Assembly: GCA_905178155.1 (NCBI GenBank)
Contig: CAJINV010000023.1
Location: 293,874-357,873, forward strand
Direction: 5' to 3'
DNA from: Amoebophrya sp. A120
Taxonomy: Eukaryota; Protista; Dinoflagellata
Length of the DNA stretch: 64,000 bases
Both the position numbers and the translations under genes were made by a program. This document shows, piece by piece, positions 1-14,600 of the stretch. The notes beneath the pieces were generated by a model that made no database searches, was not told where the DNA came from, and saw only the letters and a list, made by a program, of their open reading frames with translations. Position 1 is the first letter of the stretch, and each line of letters begins with the position of its first letter.

Positions 1-199
1 CATGACGATGACAAAGACAAGTTCGAGTTGCCTTGGCATTATATTTGAAGAATAAGAATAAGTAGAAAAATAGAAAATCAAAAACGACATCGTAGCGCAA
101 CGACAGTGAAAGAATTTCTTTTCCGTCAGCCAGAGCTGCAACTGGTACTAACCATGAAGCATAACACGCCTGCTTTGCTCCAGACACAAACATGTTTGT

Positions 200-892
200 G
201 TGTCATCTAGGTTGGCGAGCGCCACCGACTGTCCCGAACACACAAAACTCCTCCACGACGCCAGACGCGCATATGATTTGTGTGCTGGGAAGCTAACTAA
301 AACGGTTCTTCCGGTGGAACAGCGATCGAAACTGGTGCTCGTGGCACTCGTTCTGGGCAGGACAGTGCCGGAGAGTCTTCGCCGTATCGCGGCAGGTGAC
401 GTCAGGGCAGTTTCGCATGTGTCGAACACCCAAATGCGGGTGCACTCGAAGATTTCGGCCGCGTTGCACCACTTCTCGCAGCCCATGATCGCGGTGCAGG
501 AGGTGCCGTGCCTCGATGGGCTACTTGCTCCGGTTGACATCCTGATAAAGCCGCGGCCGCCCAGCAACCAGAATGGAATCGCGCATGACAGATCTGTCGT
601 CGTTGAAGTGGACGGGCCTCACCACTTTTACGAGATTTTGGACGCGGAAGACCACGGAGCCGGAATGCCAATGACATTCTACACAGGGCCAAGCGTATTG
701 CGGCACGAGGTCCTACGACTGCACGTCTCTCCAGTTGTTCACCGCGTGCGGCACTTCGCGGAAAAAGCTGACGTAGATAGCACCATGGACACATTACGCG
801 ACATCTTATCTTCGCAGCAGGGTTGTGAAGATGTGCAGGGAGTAAATGGCAGCGGCTTTGTGCCTATGAACATGCAAGAGCATGATGCCTAA
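200..892 (+). CDS. RAP-domain RNA-binding protein, C-terminal part (5' end probably further upstream)
   Basis: Motif VDILI...VVVEVDGPHHFY...TGPSVLRHEVLR...VHRVRHF resembles the RAP domain, which is expanded in alveolates. The ORF starts at GTG, so the true start is unknown. Confidence 0.75.
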   Translation: MSSRLASATDCPEHTKLLHDARRAYDLCAGKLTKTVLPVEQRSKLVLVALVLGRTVPESLRRIAAGDVRAVSHVSNTQMRVHSKISAALHHFSQPMIAVQEVPCLDGLLAPVDILIKPRPPSNQNGIAHDRSVVVEVDGPHHFYEILDAEDHGAGMPMTFYTGPSVLRHEVLRLHVSPVVHRVRHFAEKADVDSTMDTLRDILSSQQGCEDVQGVNGSGFVPMNMQEHDA

Positions 893-2339
893 TAGGCTTC
901 CAAGCTGTCTTAAGTTTCAGCAACAGACCGAAAACACATGCGGTCCTAGCTACAGTCACAATAAGAGCTTTTTTTGTTACTTACAGATGTTGATGCTGAT
1001 CCAAGATCGTCCACTGCCTAATTCTCTAGGGATACAATTGCAACTTTGCACTCGTAGCAAACTCTTTACACAATTTAGAGCTTTTTTTGAAATCAATGCA
1101 CCGCGAACCCGGGGTCCAAATGGCGCCCGGCATTTTTTTTTCTTTTAGAAAGTCAGATAAGTTTTAGAAAGTCGAGCGCGGCGCAACACTGCATATATCA
1201 ACAGCCTCTTGTTACTTGTCCACCCAGTTCCCAGCGTGATGGTTCGGCTGGACGCTGGCCAGCCACAAAAGCACCTGTAGTTACAGAGACCCCACAGAAA
1301 ATTGTTTCAGGCACCTGCAAGAAGTGTAAAAATTTGTCCGGAGCGCAACTGCAGAAGTTGCAGATAGGTCAATTGATTACTGGGAAAATTATTTTTGCAG
1401 GGTAACGGAAGCTCGTCCCGCGACATCATTTTTTTAGAGAATTAGATGCGCCGGACGTCCGCTATGAATTTTTTACTTTTGAAGCAAGAATTTTTTCCAA
1501 GAAAACACGAACGGAAACGAATGCCAGAAAGAAATCTAAAATAAAAACTCGAATCATCTACTGAAAACGTGGATATTATCTCTAGCAGTCACACCTTTCT
1601 TGACCTCAGCAGCTCTTTCAACATTTGTCGGCACGCATGTTCTTGCGCGACCAGCCGCAAAACCAATACGCTTGGAGAAAGAGCAGCCGCGCTTTCCTAG
1701 GAGTGACTAGTCGCTCTCCTGCTCTTGGGGTCAGAAAGTGATTTGCGAATCGATGCAGAGACTTTTTTGAATACGCGGGCGCGCCGTGACTCCATCCATG
1801 CGTAAGTCCACAAAAGCGTGGCTATGCAGGAGTCCGAGAAAATATTTTTTCGCACCCCTTTCTACCATCTGGTTTGCAAGTAGCACAAATTGAAGCTTTA
1901 TCGAGCTATGCAACTTTATCAGAACTGTTTTTCTTTTTGCTGCAGCGCAGTTTTTCAATTTTCAATAGAGAAAGTTAGTAATGAAAAGCCGCTATATAAT
2001 TTATAGAAGGACTGACGTAGATGCATTTGCTTTTTTCGTGGCGGGCCTGAAGCGCAATCGCTTCCAAGGGCAGGCGCAATGGAGGGCATACAAGTTCGAG
2101 TTTTCAAAACAAAATCACGAAAGTCAAGAACAGAACAAAAACAAAAATTTAGTGCATGCGGTAGCGCGTTTTGAAAAGGCAGCCAAAGGGGGAACGGAGG
2201 CCCAATCGTAAACGGAGAGTGTTCACATTGGTTTGTGTTCGCAACGACTACAGCCAGAGGCGCAAGCTTTTGCACCCAAAACTCACAAAAAGCTGAGAAA
2301 CATTTTATCCGCGCTTTCTTTCTAGCCGTGGGTGGTGGA

Positions 2340-3860
2340 ATCTCGAGTTGTACCAGGCAAATTGAATTGATTTGATTTGGCGTGCCTTCGATTTTTGGAA
2401 AAGGAGGCCCAAAGCCTCCGCTGCCACCCCGTTTTCGGCATCGACACTGATCTTAGCATGCGGAGTAAATACCGTCTCAGCTTTTTTAATATCACAGTGA
2501 GAGTGAACAAGGCCGAGGACTAAATGAAAATAAGAACTTTCCACATGATATGTCGCATTTTGTAAAGCCAGCCGGAGGGGTGGCGGAGGCCCAATCGTAA
2601 GCAGAAAGCGTTCGCGATAGGTCGTGCTTGCAAGTCCAAGCAGAAATACAAACTTTGGCTCTCATCGTTGACAAAAAGCACATTGACACTTTTTCCGCAT
2701 GCTCCTGGGGTTTTTGTAGGGCACTTCGAAACCTCCGCTACCCCTCCGTAGTTGGCTTCGATATTGCCCATAGCATGCGGAAGAGATAGCGTTTGAGTTT
2801 TGGTAGGAAAGTAAGCAACGCCAAGGACTGAACGCAAACAAAAACTTGCTGCATGGTATGGCGCATTTTGTAAATCCTGGCGGAGGGCTAGCGGAGGCCC
2901 AATCTTAAGGAGGAAGCGTTCGCTTTGGGTCGTGCTTGCAAAAACAAGTAGAAAAGCAAGCTTTCCCTTTCAGCATTGACAAAAAGCGCATGGACACTGT
3001 TTCCGCATGCTCCTGCGGTTTTTGTGGGGCACTTCAAAACCTCCGCTACCCCTCCGTGGTCGGCCTCAATGTTGGCCATAGCATGCGGAAAAGATAGCGT
3101 TTGAGTTTTGGTAGGAAAGTAAGCAACGCCAAGGACTGAACGCAAACAAAAACTTGCTGCATGGTATGGCGCATTTTGTAAATCCGAGCGGAGGGGTAGC
3201 GGAGGCCCAATCTTAAGGAGAAAGCGTTCGCTTTGGGTCGTGCTTGCAAAAACAAGTAGAAAAGCAAGCTTCTCCTCTCAACATTGACAAAAAGCGCATG
3301 GACACTGTTTCCGCATGCTCCTGCGGTTTTTGTGGGGCACTTCGAAACCTCCGCTACCCCTCCGTAGTTGGCTTCGATATTGCCCATAGCATGCGGAAGA
3401 GATAGCGTTTGAGTTTTGGTAGGAAAGTAGGCAGCGCCAGTGACTGAATCCCAGCAAACGTTTGCTGCGTGTTGATATGGCGCATTTTGTAAAAGCGAGC
3501 GGAGGGATAGCGGAGGCGCAATCGCAATCGTAAGCGGAAAGCGTTCGCGCTGGATCGTGCAAGTAGAAGCAGAGAAGCAGCCTCTTGCCTTCAAAGTTTA
3601 GAAGATAGAAATAGACAGACATCTTTACCGCGCGCCCCTGCGGTTTTTATAGTCCACCCCCAGGCCTCCGGCATCCCTCTGTAGCCGGCCGGCATCGAGA
3701 TCTATCACAGCAAGCACAGAGCACATCACTTCGATTGTGGTTTGGAAGTTCAAGTTGGCAAACGAAATCAAAAGCGCAATTTGATTTGCCGTGCGGCGCG
3801 CTTCTTTTGGTACACCCGGCGGGGGATAAGTAGCAGAGGCCAAAGAATGGCAAAGTAGTG
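2340..3860. repeat. 308-bp satellite, array 1 (about 5 diverged units)
   Basis: Core GGAGGGGTAGCGGAGGCC recurs at 2574, 2882, 3190 and 3501; same core as arrays 2 and 3. Confidence 0.85.
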
Positions 3861-4045
3861 GCTTTCAAAAGCTTACTCGTTTGCAACCTTTGAAACCACG
3901 CAGAAGTGGAAAAATGCATGCCCGCACGTTGCAACCTTTTGCGCTTTCAGTTACGTCGCCGAAAGTTAAAAACCAAGTCCAGGACAAGCTTACCGACAAG
4001 AAGTCAAGTGCCGGGAACGCATATTAAAATGCGATAATATACCTG

Positions 4046-4325
4046 ACATCAAATGCAAATATGTCTGGGTCTGGAAGAGTGCCAGACCTGTCATGCAGGT
4101 TTTTCATGATCATGACCCATGAGGAGGTCTGGTATGGACGACATAGCATGACAGATTCTGTGAGAGCTCTATCATACCTATCCTGAGTGAGAAACTGCCT
4201 CTCGATTAAGTCAAAAGTGGACAGCTTTTGGTAATCACGCACCGAAAATATACATGATAATGATTCAGATTTCGCATGACAATTTGCTTTGTTCCAGACC
4301 CAGACACTTTTGCATTTGACACCTG
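4046..4325. mobile_element. Introner-like TIR element, family A
   Basis: TIR TCAAATGCAAATATGTCTGGGTCTGGAA / TTCCAGACCCAGACACTTTTGCATTTGA; direct repeat CCTGA; host gene unresolved. Confidence 0.85.
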
Positions 4326-5928
4326 AAGCCCATGATCGCCTTCGATTGAAAAAAAGGAAAGCCGGTGAGAAACTTAAAGACATCGATATCTGGTGCGGAT
4401 GGTGTGGCTCCTCCACCTTGCCTTGTTCTTCGGAAAGCGAAAGCGAACTGCCTGTCCGGAATTTTCACAAGTGATCACCTATTGCACACAGTTGTATGCG
4501 GGCGAAAGACAAAGATTTCATCTTTAGGTTTCTTTGATTGAGATGAGGCCAACTACTACTCAAGGATCATCTGCTGTCTTTGCTTTCCCCGGGCCCCACT
4601 AAGTAACGCCAAGCAGTTTTTACTTTCCTAGGTGACTTGATTCCGCCCCTGTTCCTTCGGCTTTCCCGGCTGCACAATTTCGGAGGACATGCAGAATTTA
4701 GATCTCGGGTTTTCAGGGTATTGGCTGATATCCACTTTGCAGTTCATAGGCAGAGCCACATTAAGGCACGGGGGTCAGCAGCGAAGCGATACTTGGTGAA
4801 CGACGCAGCAAACGCAAATCCACATCCAACCCGGTGTAATACGAAACTGAGTTTCCGGCCGCTCACGGAAGACGATTTGGACGGTGCGCTTTTCAGTGGT
4901 TCTTCAGCTGCTTTTACTAAGTAATGCTTCCTCTGAAGAATATGGTTGTCTTCACTATCAGTCTTTCATTTGTCGTCGTAATTCTATTTCACCGTAGCTG
5001 AGCTGTTTTTGATCGCTGGCCACCGTCTAGGCTTATAAATCGCATTTAGATGATAATTCTGCACAGTCCGGAAGAAGAGATCCAATACTCGATGAGCACA
5101 CTGAAAAAGATGTATACAGAGAGAAGGGCGTTTGTATTTCTGTGTATCTTTGTATTTCTTGGCATTCCTGTCGCGTCGTGCTACACTCATCGTTGCAGCT
5201 TTGGGTCGTCGATCGCTCGTTTTTCGTTTGAAAAGGGTATTTCATTTTCGTACAACTTTGCGTGTTTCTTCCTCACCACGTATACGTCTCTTTTCCATCG
5301 GCAGGATAATGATGATCGCCATCGTGCAAAGACCAACATGACTATACGATCTTGGACGAAGCAGAGCAGAACTGGATGATGTTGAAGTTGATGCGAAGCC
5401 AGACACCAACCCTACAATTTCAATTATATCTAGGCAGCAGTACCACAGCCCACTCTGCTGCTGTAGGTTTTTTGTTTTTCTGGAGGTGGTCGTAAAGACA
5501 ACAATAAGACGACTTTCCTTGCAACATGATTGTAGTTTCGGAGGAACGAAAGATTCGCCGTAGTCTGATTTTTCTGGGGGTGTTGAGCACTAGCACTTCT
5601 ACCAAATGAATTTATAGAACGGCTATGTCGTCGTTACTTCCCGTTCTGGAGATTCTGTAGTGCCAGAAGTTTTTGATTAAAGGACCTTCAAGCATGCTGA
5701 TGCTAAAGCTAAAGTAGCTAGAGGAAGTATTAGGTGCGTCACGAATTCTTCCGAAGTTCGTTTGGCATCATCCCATAAATACCCGAAGCTACTGCCTCCC
5801 TGATATGAGCACTACAGATAGTATTCTTGTCGCTGTAGTACACTTTATACTTTCTTGATTATCAGTGTTGAAACCCGAACCGCAGTAGCACAGAATCAGC
5901 ATATCCCTCCGACGAAAGAAATATCAAG

Positions 5929-8404
5929 ATGCTCGCACAAGTATTTTTGTTGGCTGATGATCTCCTCGGCTCGACAAGTGGGAATGCAAATCGGGAGGCG
6001 CAAGCAGGGATACTGTATTATCTGGGTTCCGCGGTCTGGGTTGCACTCTGCGTGATTTGGCTCGCGCTTTTGATGAAATTCGCCGAGGATCTGAACAGGC
6101 GGAGAGCTGCTCACCAGCTGCGACAATCTATAAGTAGAGGCGGCACAGCAACGCCGATCGCTTTTGGGACGGAGTTGGACTTCCCTCAAGACGGCTCCGA
6201 GAATCAAAATGCTGCTCCTCGGCATGCCAGATACTTCCTGGCCCGCGACCGCGATCGTCAAGTAGCGGCTGCTCGTGAAGGTAGCGAGCCACCGGCGCCT
6301 CACGAAGACGTAAACTCGCCTACGGGAGCAGTGCCTGCTTCCAACAAGAATATGAGCATGGTCCTGGCAGTTGGAGATGAAATCCTTCCCAGTCCGCAGG
6401 ACAGCACAAGCGGGAACACGCAGAGCCGCCTCCAGCACGGCGCCTCGGCTGTCCTCCATCGACTGACAGCTATTGCTACTGTGAGGATGCAGTTTGTCAT
6501 CGGTGCGTCGGCTTTGATGCATGCGAGCCTTCTGAGCTACGACCTCTTGATTCTCCACTACTTGTGCACCCCGTTCATCGACAATCCATGTGTGTACCTG
6601 TGCATCGGACGCTGCCTTTTGGTGCTGCTCCACGCTGTGGCGAAGTCCGGCGCTTTTGAAGCTTTCCTCCGACAATGGGTCTTTCATCCGCGTATTCACG
6701 TGATCTTCGATTTCCGCCAGGCCTGGATGATATTCCTTGTTTACGCCGATCGCGTGCGCGACATCGGCAAGTACCTTGCTGCCGAAGATCCGGGTCGAAT
6801 TGAAACGGAAAAAGTTTTCGTTCGCTTCAGTGACATGAATGGCCAGACCGTTGCCGACGGCCAAAGCGACGCGGATTTGCTATCCACAGCGGATGGGAGA
6901 AAAGCGGAGTTCTACCGACTTGCAACCAACGTACTAAACGACCTGTCCCTGCGCGCGGATCTCGAGTCTGCCCTCGAAAAAGTCGACAGCCCGTTTCTGC
7001 ATGTGGATCTCAGCATGCCGCAGATCGAAGGCTGGCGCGTCGGCCGGCGGTACCGTGTGATCTTTCGAAGAGAGGTCATGGAGCAATCGTCGAAAACAGG
7101 CGGTGGATTAGTCGGACCAAAAACCATGGAGATCCGCGTCTACTCCAGCGGCAGGGCAATGATCACTGTGGACGGGAAAAAGCACGGCGACGCAGGAAGC
7201 ATTGCAGCCTGGCACGCCGTCCACGACCTGCGTCGTAACAACAAGGGGCGGTCCGCGCCTGCGTATTTGCTGGTTACGTGTTTCGGAAACAACTTTGCGA
7301 TGCGCTGTGACAATCATACATGTTCTTGCCCCTGTAAACGAGAGATATGCTTGGAACGCGTTATGTTATTGAACAACGGGAGAAACGCTTGCAGCGCTGA
7401 GAATTGTTGTGAATCAAAACTTAAACAGGTTTAAATGGCTGCGGGAAAGCATGCGCCGTTCATCTTACAGCGATTTTCTAACAGCAGTTGACCGACCCGA
7501 GTGGACAGCTCCTCGTATCTCCTACACCATCGAGGAACAGCGGTCCGGTGAGCCACAGCCACCGTCTGCTCCGCATGAAATTGACGATAACTCGCTTTCC
7601 GACACGAACTACATCGCGACCTTGTATGTTCTACCGCGCTTCCAGCTCGGCGCTAGTGGCTTGCACGACGACACGGCCGCACGGCCAGACGCGGCGGAGC
7701 GAGACCAGCAATACGCTGAGGCGTGTGCCTTTGTGCAGGCAGTCCAGCAGTTTACCAAGGTGTACGCTACCCACTCGACCGAGGATTTAAAATCAACCGG
7801 GCTGTTGGGCTTCGACGCGGATGATGACGAACTTGTCCGACACTACTACAACGCAATAGCGTCCTCCGACGCAGCCGTCTTCAAAAACTTCGAGCACCCC
7901 TGCGTTGTCATCCCGAGAAGGACCCGAAACGGAGGCTCACGACTCCGACAGTACGCCGCTTTTCAATGGTACTACCACGGAAATTGGGACTTCACCTCCC
8001 CCGCCGGAACCACCGCAGCACACCTCTCGTACGAGCACTACAGGGCAAAGCTCTTTGATGAGAGCCAATGGATTCGGGCAGCGCACTACATGCGATTTCG
8101 GCGGAGCGACGAAATGCGACCGCAACGACAACGGGACACGAATACCCAGCACGATGATCGCACGGGGCAGACCGGAGATGAAGGCTACAGCTTGGCTTTC
8201 TACTCCGAAGACGAACTTGCCGCGGAAGTGGGAGAGGAAGAGCAGGTCGGGGAGGCAGCAGGTGGAACCCAGAAGTTGGCAACGGTGGAAATGAAGGTCC
8301 TGACGAAGTTTGACGCCGCAAAAGCATCTACATCACGCGAGCCACCGACCCGGGCCCAGATGCTGCGCGGGTACGAGCGCCATTTCGTCAAGTATCTGTC
8401 GTAA
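5929..8404 (+). CDS. Uncharacterised multi-pass membrane protein, paralog 1 (exons about 5929-7211 and 7429-8404)
   Basis: Two long ORFs join in frame across a GC-AG intron at 7212-7428. Hydrophobic N-terminal segments; clear similarity to 18759-21721 (FVRFSD, SPFLHVD, RYRVxFR, EIRxYSSGRA, GFDA). Confidence 0.75.
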
Positions 8405-9329
8405 AAGATCGCGGATGACACACGACAACACAGGGTCGCACTCACACCTTTGCATTTTTATATCTCTTCGCTCTACTACAACAAATATTGGTTTTGAATT
8501 TTCCGAATTATAGGAATAGCCGTCATTCGAAAAGTGAAAAAGTGTGTTTTTGCGTGAAACCACACCAAAATCGTAGATCATGTTTTTTGTACAATTGATA
8601 CCGTATCAAAGTTGGCTGATTCTAGTAGTGCGCGAAAAAGGTAAGTAGGTTCGTACTGTATGATTGTATTTGCCTCGGTTTGAAGTGCTGCGCCGAAAAC
8701 GTAACTTTACTCTGTTTCTTTCCGATCTCGATCATCTAGTTTTTTATTAATTTAAGCGACAAACGAATCTTCGCGCTCATTTGATGTGCCGCGACAAACT
8801 GTGCGAAAAAATGTATCCAAATCTGTTTCGATCATCTCTGTAGTGGCACACTAAAATAACCGATTTTCTTGCCCATTCTCGAATAAGCCCCTGCAGCGCC
8901 AGCGGGAAACCAAAAAACTATAGAAGCTTGACCGGGCGAGTTGCCAAAAATGAACATCAGCAGCAAAGAGTGCGCAGCAAAGAGATTGTCGTGCTGCGTC
9001 TGGAGAATAATCGCAGGTAGGCAGAAAAGACTCACACCTTCACGTAATGGGTTGGCTGCCTGCTCTACCTGTTGCGTTGTTCTGTTGTTGATGAGGATCG
9101 CCGTTCGTTGTGTTGTTTGCCTTCCTGACACTACTTGGTCTTGGACCTCGCGGGAACATGAGTGGCAGACTTGTCACTCACGACTAGTTCAGTTCCTCAA
9201 AACTGCACTGCATTGTTCCGCTTAACAAGTCTGTATCACGTGTTTTTGTGTTACTGTGTGTTTTAATTTCGTCAAAGAAAAGCCAACTCCTTCAGCCGGA
9301 GTCAGAGCGTTCGCGATTTCCATTTAAGT

Positions 9330-11570
9330 ATGTTATTTCGGCAGTGCTAAAATTGGCATCATAACAAAAGTCGTAATTTTCTGCATCTTGTCGTGCCTTT
9401 GGTACCTACCACCGGGGATGAAGGAGCGGAGGCAAAGTGGCTGATAGGGAAAGTCCAAGCTAGGCCCTGTAAACAAGTACGTTTGCAAATGTTTTTTTTG
9501 CTCCAGAAGTAGCCGGAAAACAAGGAAACATCTTTTCCGCGACGTGCTACTCTGCTTCCAGTGGACTTGCTCAAAGATTCCACTGCCCTCCGTATATTCT
9601 TCTCCAATGTCTACCACAGCATGCGGAGATGTGTTGTATAGTTTCGCTTTCGAAATGTTGAAAATCAAGCCACAAACCAAAGACAACACCTGTCGCATGT
9701 CATGGCGCGTGTCTTCGAGCCCGGCGGAGGGGTAGCGGAGACCAAATCGCAAACAGCAATAGTCTAATGTAGGTCGTGCGAGAAAATGTTCTCGCGAATT
9801 TTGATTTTTTGTTTCAAAATCCGCACCCACAGATAACATATGTTTCCCGCATGGTGCTCTGATCCCGGTTGACCTTCTCAAGGCCTCCGCTGCCCCTCCG
9901 TAGTGTGGGCCAATATTTACCCCAGCATGCGGAATAGATGTTTTTTTGATCTCGGTTTGAAAATGTTGAAAATCATACACCAAACCTAAAAGAACTTTCG
10001 CCGCCTGGTATGGCGCGTTTGGTAGATCCCGCCGGAGGGGTAGCGGAGGCCAAGTGGCTACCAGTAGTAGTCCAATTTAGGTCGTGCGAGAAAATGTTCT
10101 CGCGAGTTGTGACTTTTTGGTCCAAAATCCGCACCAACCTAAAATATATGCTTTCCGCATGCTGCTCTGGTTTTGTTGGACCTCCTCGAGGCCTCCGCTG
10201 CCCCTCCGTAGTCTTGACCAATGTCTACCATAGCATGCCGATTCAAGGCGTTTTTGATTTCGGCCTCAAAATGTTGAAAAGCTATGCCCAAATCAAAAAC
10301 AACATTCGCCGCATGATACGGCGCGTTTGGTCGAGCCCGCCGGAGGGGTAGCGGAGGCCAAGTGGCGAGCAGTGGTAGTCCAATTTAGGCCGTGCGAGAA
10401 AATATTATCGCGACGTGCATTTTTTTGGTCAAAAAGCCGCATCAACGCAAAATATATGTTTTCCGCACAGTACTCTGATCCCGACTGATCTCCTCGTAGC
10501 CTCCGCTGCCCCTCCGTAGTGTGGGCCAATATTTACCCCAGCATGCGGAATAGATGTTTTTTTGATCTCGGTTTGAAAATGTTGAAAATCATACACCAAA
10601 CCTAAAAGAACTTTCGCCGCCTGGTATGGCGCGTTTGGTAGATCCCGCCGGAGGGGTAGCGGAGGCCAAGTGGCTACCAGTAGTAGTCCAATTTAGGTCG
10701 TGCGAGAAAATGTTCTCGCGAGTTGTGATTTTTTGGTCCAAAATCCGCACCAACATAAAATATATGCTTTCCGCATGCTGCTCTGGTTTTGTTGGACCTC
10801 CTCGAGGCCTCCGCTGCCCCTCCGTAGTCTTGACCAATGTCTACCATAGCATGCCGATTCAAGGCGTTTTTGATTTCGGCCTCAAAATGTTGAAAAGCTA
10901 TGCCCAAATCAAAAACAACATTCGCCGCATGATACGGCGCGTTTGGTCGAGCCCGCCGGAGGGGTAGCGGAGGCCAAGTGGCGAGCAGTGGTAGTCCAAT
11001 TTAGGCCGTGCGAGAAAATATTATCGCGACGTGCATTTTTTTGGTCAAAAAGCCGCATCAACGCAAAATATATGTTTTCCGCACAGTACTCTGATCCCGA
11101 CTGATCTCCTCGTAGCCTCCGCTGCCCCTCCGTAGTGTGGGCCAATATTTACCCCAGCATGCGGAATAGATGTTTTTTTGATTTCGGTTTGAAAATGTTG
11201 AAAATCATGCACCAAACCTAAAAGAACTTTCGCCGCATGGTATCGCGCGTTTGGTAGATCCCGCCGGAGGGGTAGCGGAGGCCAAGTGGCTACCAGTAGT
11301 AGTCCAATTTAGGTCGTGCGAGAAAATGTTCTCGCGAGTTGTGATTTTTTGGTCCAAAATCCGCACCAACGTAAAATATATGTTTTCCGCATGCTGCTCT
11401 GGTTTCGTTAGACCTCCTCGAGGCCTCCGCTGCCCCTCCGTAGTCTGGACCAATGTCTGCCGAAGCATGCGAAATAGATGTCCTAGTCTTTTTGGCTTTG
11501 ATTATTTCAAAATGCTGGAATTCAGTCTCCAAACCAAGAACAACACTCGCCGTATGGCATGGCGCATGTA
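9330..11570. repeat. 308-bp satellite, array 2, with a 616-bp A/B higher-order repeat
   Basis: Core at 9726, 10034, 10342, 10650, 10958 and 11266; alternate units are near-identical (ORF-track peptides recur at 616 bp). Confidence 0.95.
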
Positions 11571-11608
11571 GTGCGGCTCAACGTCGCTGGACATCAAAGT
11601 TGAATGAA

Positions 11609-14600
11609 ATGGCGCAACGGCATGACGACCCACGAAACCAAGACTATCGCAAAAGAAAGCGGCGTTTGCTGAGCCTGAAGCTGAGCAGCAGCTTCCTTGT
11701 GTTGCTACTTATATTTCCGCTGCGAACCGTCGGAATATGCGAATTGGGTTGCAGTCTTCCGTAGGGATTGCAGCAAATGTATTTGTATCGCCATCGCGTT
11801 AGTAGTAAAAATGCATCGCCGCGACAGATAAATTTTTTCAAAAGCAAAAATGAAATCTTCATCTGTAATGCTGATATATGAATAAATAGCCTCAGGCGGC
11901 AAGGAGGTATCGCAATCAGTACGGGCGCGATACTTTTGCACAGGATATTCCACTCCAGAGCCCGTGCGACGGGACTTTCGTTTCCCTACGAACACACGGA
12001 AGAGGCGTTCGCATTCGCGATGATCTCCAGGTGCCGGCAGCTCAAGGTGAAGCGGTTCAGGTTTTCAGAAATGACAGAATTTCCGCCGCTCGACGTCCTG
12101 GTGACCACGACAAAGAAAAAGAAGCCCTAAGTGGTACTGGTCCCGCAGCTGCTTCTGAAGATGAAAATACATCTGAACTTTTCTACTTCGAGATCGTCTG
12201 TCGTGGTTACGACTCGATTGCCGAAACTGCCCATGAAAGCGCAAGCGGGTACGTGTTCTTCAGCCTGTGCAATGGGTCCCCGTTTTACTACCGGAGATTT
12301 TGCGAGCCCGGGCTGCTGTCGTGGTTGGATGTGTACAGTCCCCTCGGGTTTATGTTCGTGATGTTTTCGGATTTGCAAAACACGTGGCTTTTCCGTCCCG
12401 TGCGAAACGTGGTCGCGCCAAAGTTAGAAAATGGACCACGACCAGGCCACGTCGGTCCAGACGAAGCTCTGAGTATGACTCAGAGGACAAGCCGCGACCT
12501 GATGACCGCAACTTCCGCCTCCATCCGCAGAAAAAATACGAATAATGTGCGGCTCTTTCGCTTCGTCAAGCATGGGGATGTTGCGACCAGTGACAACGCC
12601 GCCACACAGAGGTATAACGGCAAGTACAACGGCGGATTGTTCTACGAACGCTTGAGACACTTCGTGACCGTGCGCGGACGCTGGCAGCGAGAAAATAAAC
12701 TTGTCGCGCAAGAGGACCAAGACAAAGGCTACTTTCTCCTAGATGCCGACTGCCTGCACGTGCGAAGCCAGATTCCGCTCTACGGCTCGAGGAACGACGC
12801 GGAAGACGCTTTTGACGTCGCACTCGGCGTCTACGCAAGAGACCAGCAAGTGCCTTGGATCCGACGACCAGGGGAAGACGAGCCACCTAGCGGGCCGACT
12901 TCTAGGGAAACACTACAAGGACAACTTCTATTGGATTCACCACCTCCGCGAAATGTTGCAACAGGCAGGAGCGACTCGAAGTCGTCGGCAGTGGGTACTA
13001 GTCGGAGGCACGATGTTGACGAGGACGGCTGTCCCCTTTTCACGACAAACAATCTGCTCCGACAGATGCGGGCACTGGAGTTCGAGGAAAAGGCTTTCGG
13101 GTGGTCGTCCTCCTTTTCAAGGGGTAGATCAGCGTGGTGGAGCGGGGCGAACGCCAAATCTTCCGAGCAGACAAAGGCGAGCGGTGAAGCAGACAGCATC
13201 GACAAAGACAGAGCTCCGCCGCATTGTCTATGATTTGCGAACATGGCTGGGTCTGGAACAGTGCAAACTTGTCGTGACGGTGGCTCGTCTGAATCATGAC
13301 GAAAATCTGTACTGCATGAGCAACGGAAGCAGTCTCATTCTCAGACAGCTTCCGTTGCTACTCGGAGGAGAGGACATTTCTCATTCAGGATAGGCAAGAA
13401 GAACTCCTCGTGAAGAGACCCAGACATAGTTGCCATACATACTTTCTGTTGCGACTCAACGGCGGATTTCTCTTCGTGAAAGCAAACGCAAAGGGCAAGC
13501 AGTACCTGCAGCTCGTGCAGGAATTAAGCGCCTACTTCATGCGGGTTGGCGATTGCAATCCAGGCGCGGCAGTGACCCTCGAGACGCACAGAAGCCTATG
13601 AGGGTGCACAACTACCTCCTACTTCCTCTCATTTGTGATGCAGATGCACGTCCATGAACATCAATTATACAGGTGTTGGCAAGAATCAGAGTACACGCTC
13701 CGCATGACAACTGGATGCGGTATGTTGCCTGACAAATGAGGAGAAGGGGGAGTGGCAGTTGCGCACTCTCATCAAACTTGTTGAGAATGCAGAAGGAATT
13801 TCAAGAAAGAGAGGAGCCTGCAAGTATCCTGAGGAAAGACGTTCCCACCCCGTAGGAATGATGAGGAGGGCGTGGATTTTGCTACAAAGATCAACGTGCT
13901 ACTGCTATTCTGGACCTGGACGTGGACGTTGCGCATGACAACTTTGAATTCGCATCGTCATAGGGAGTACCTAGCTAGTCAGTACGGCTACACCACGAAT
14001 CGATCTTGACATGCTGATTACTTACAGCAGGAGAACTTCCAAAAAACAACGTAGGGGTAGAGCGATATTTTTCCACTGAAAAGCAGGTTCTACTTTCCCG
14101 CTGATGCGAAAGTATTTTCCCGAATTTTTTGAGGACCCGGCGTACGGCTTGCTCGTAAATCGCGCGTTCCGTGGACCGGACCAAGCGGCCTTTGCGCATC
14201 TTCTCTTGCCCCCAACACAAGGTAGAAACAGCGTCACTGGTGTCGCGGCTGCAAAAAATGCGACAACAAACAACGCCGAGCGCCGAAAGCTGCGTGTTGA
14301 CCTCTTGCAAAGGCTGATGGAGTTTCTGAACGCGGAGACAAACGCTTGGCCGCTGTTGGACTTTTTCAACACTGACAGAAACGTAAAGACTTCGCCCGAT
14401 ACGTTTTTGGCGCTTCAACACAACGACCACTTCTTCCCAGACTCTGTAAAAACGAGTAACCCAGAGATCGCGAGAGCGCGACTACTTCCTATCGATCGAG
14501 TGCTACACTCGGACTCGCTCTCCGATTCCGGCGCCCTCGCACCCTACACCTACGCCGTGCATCTGAAGGGCAAGCGCTTTTTCGAGAGTTCATTGAAGAT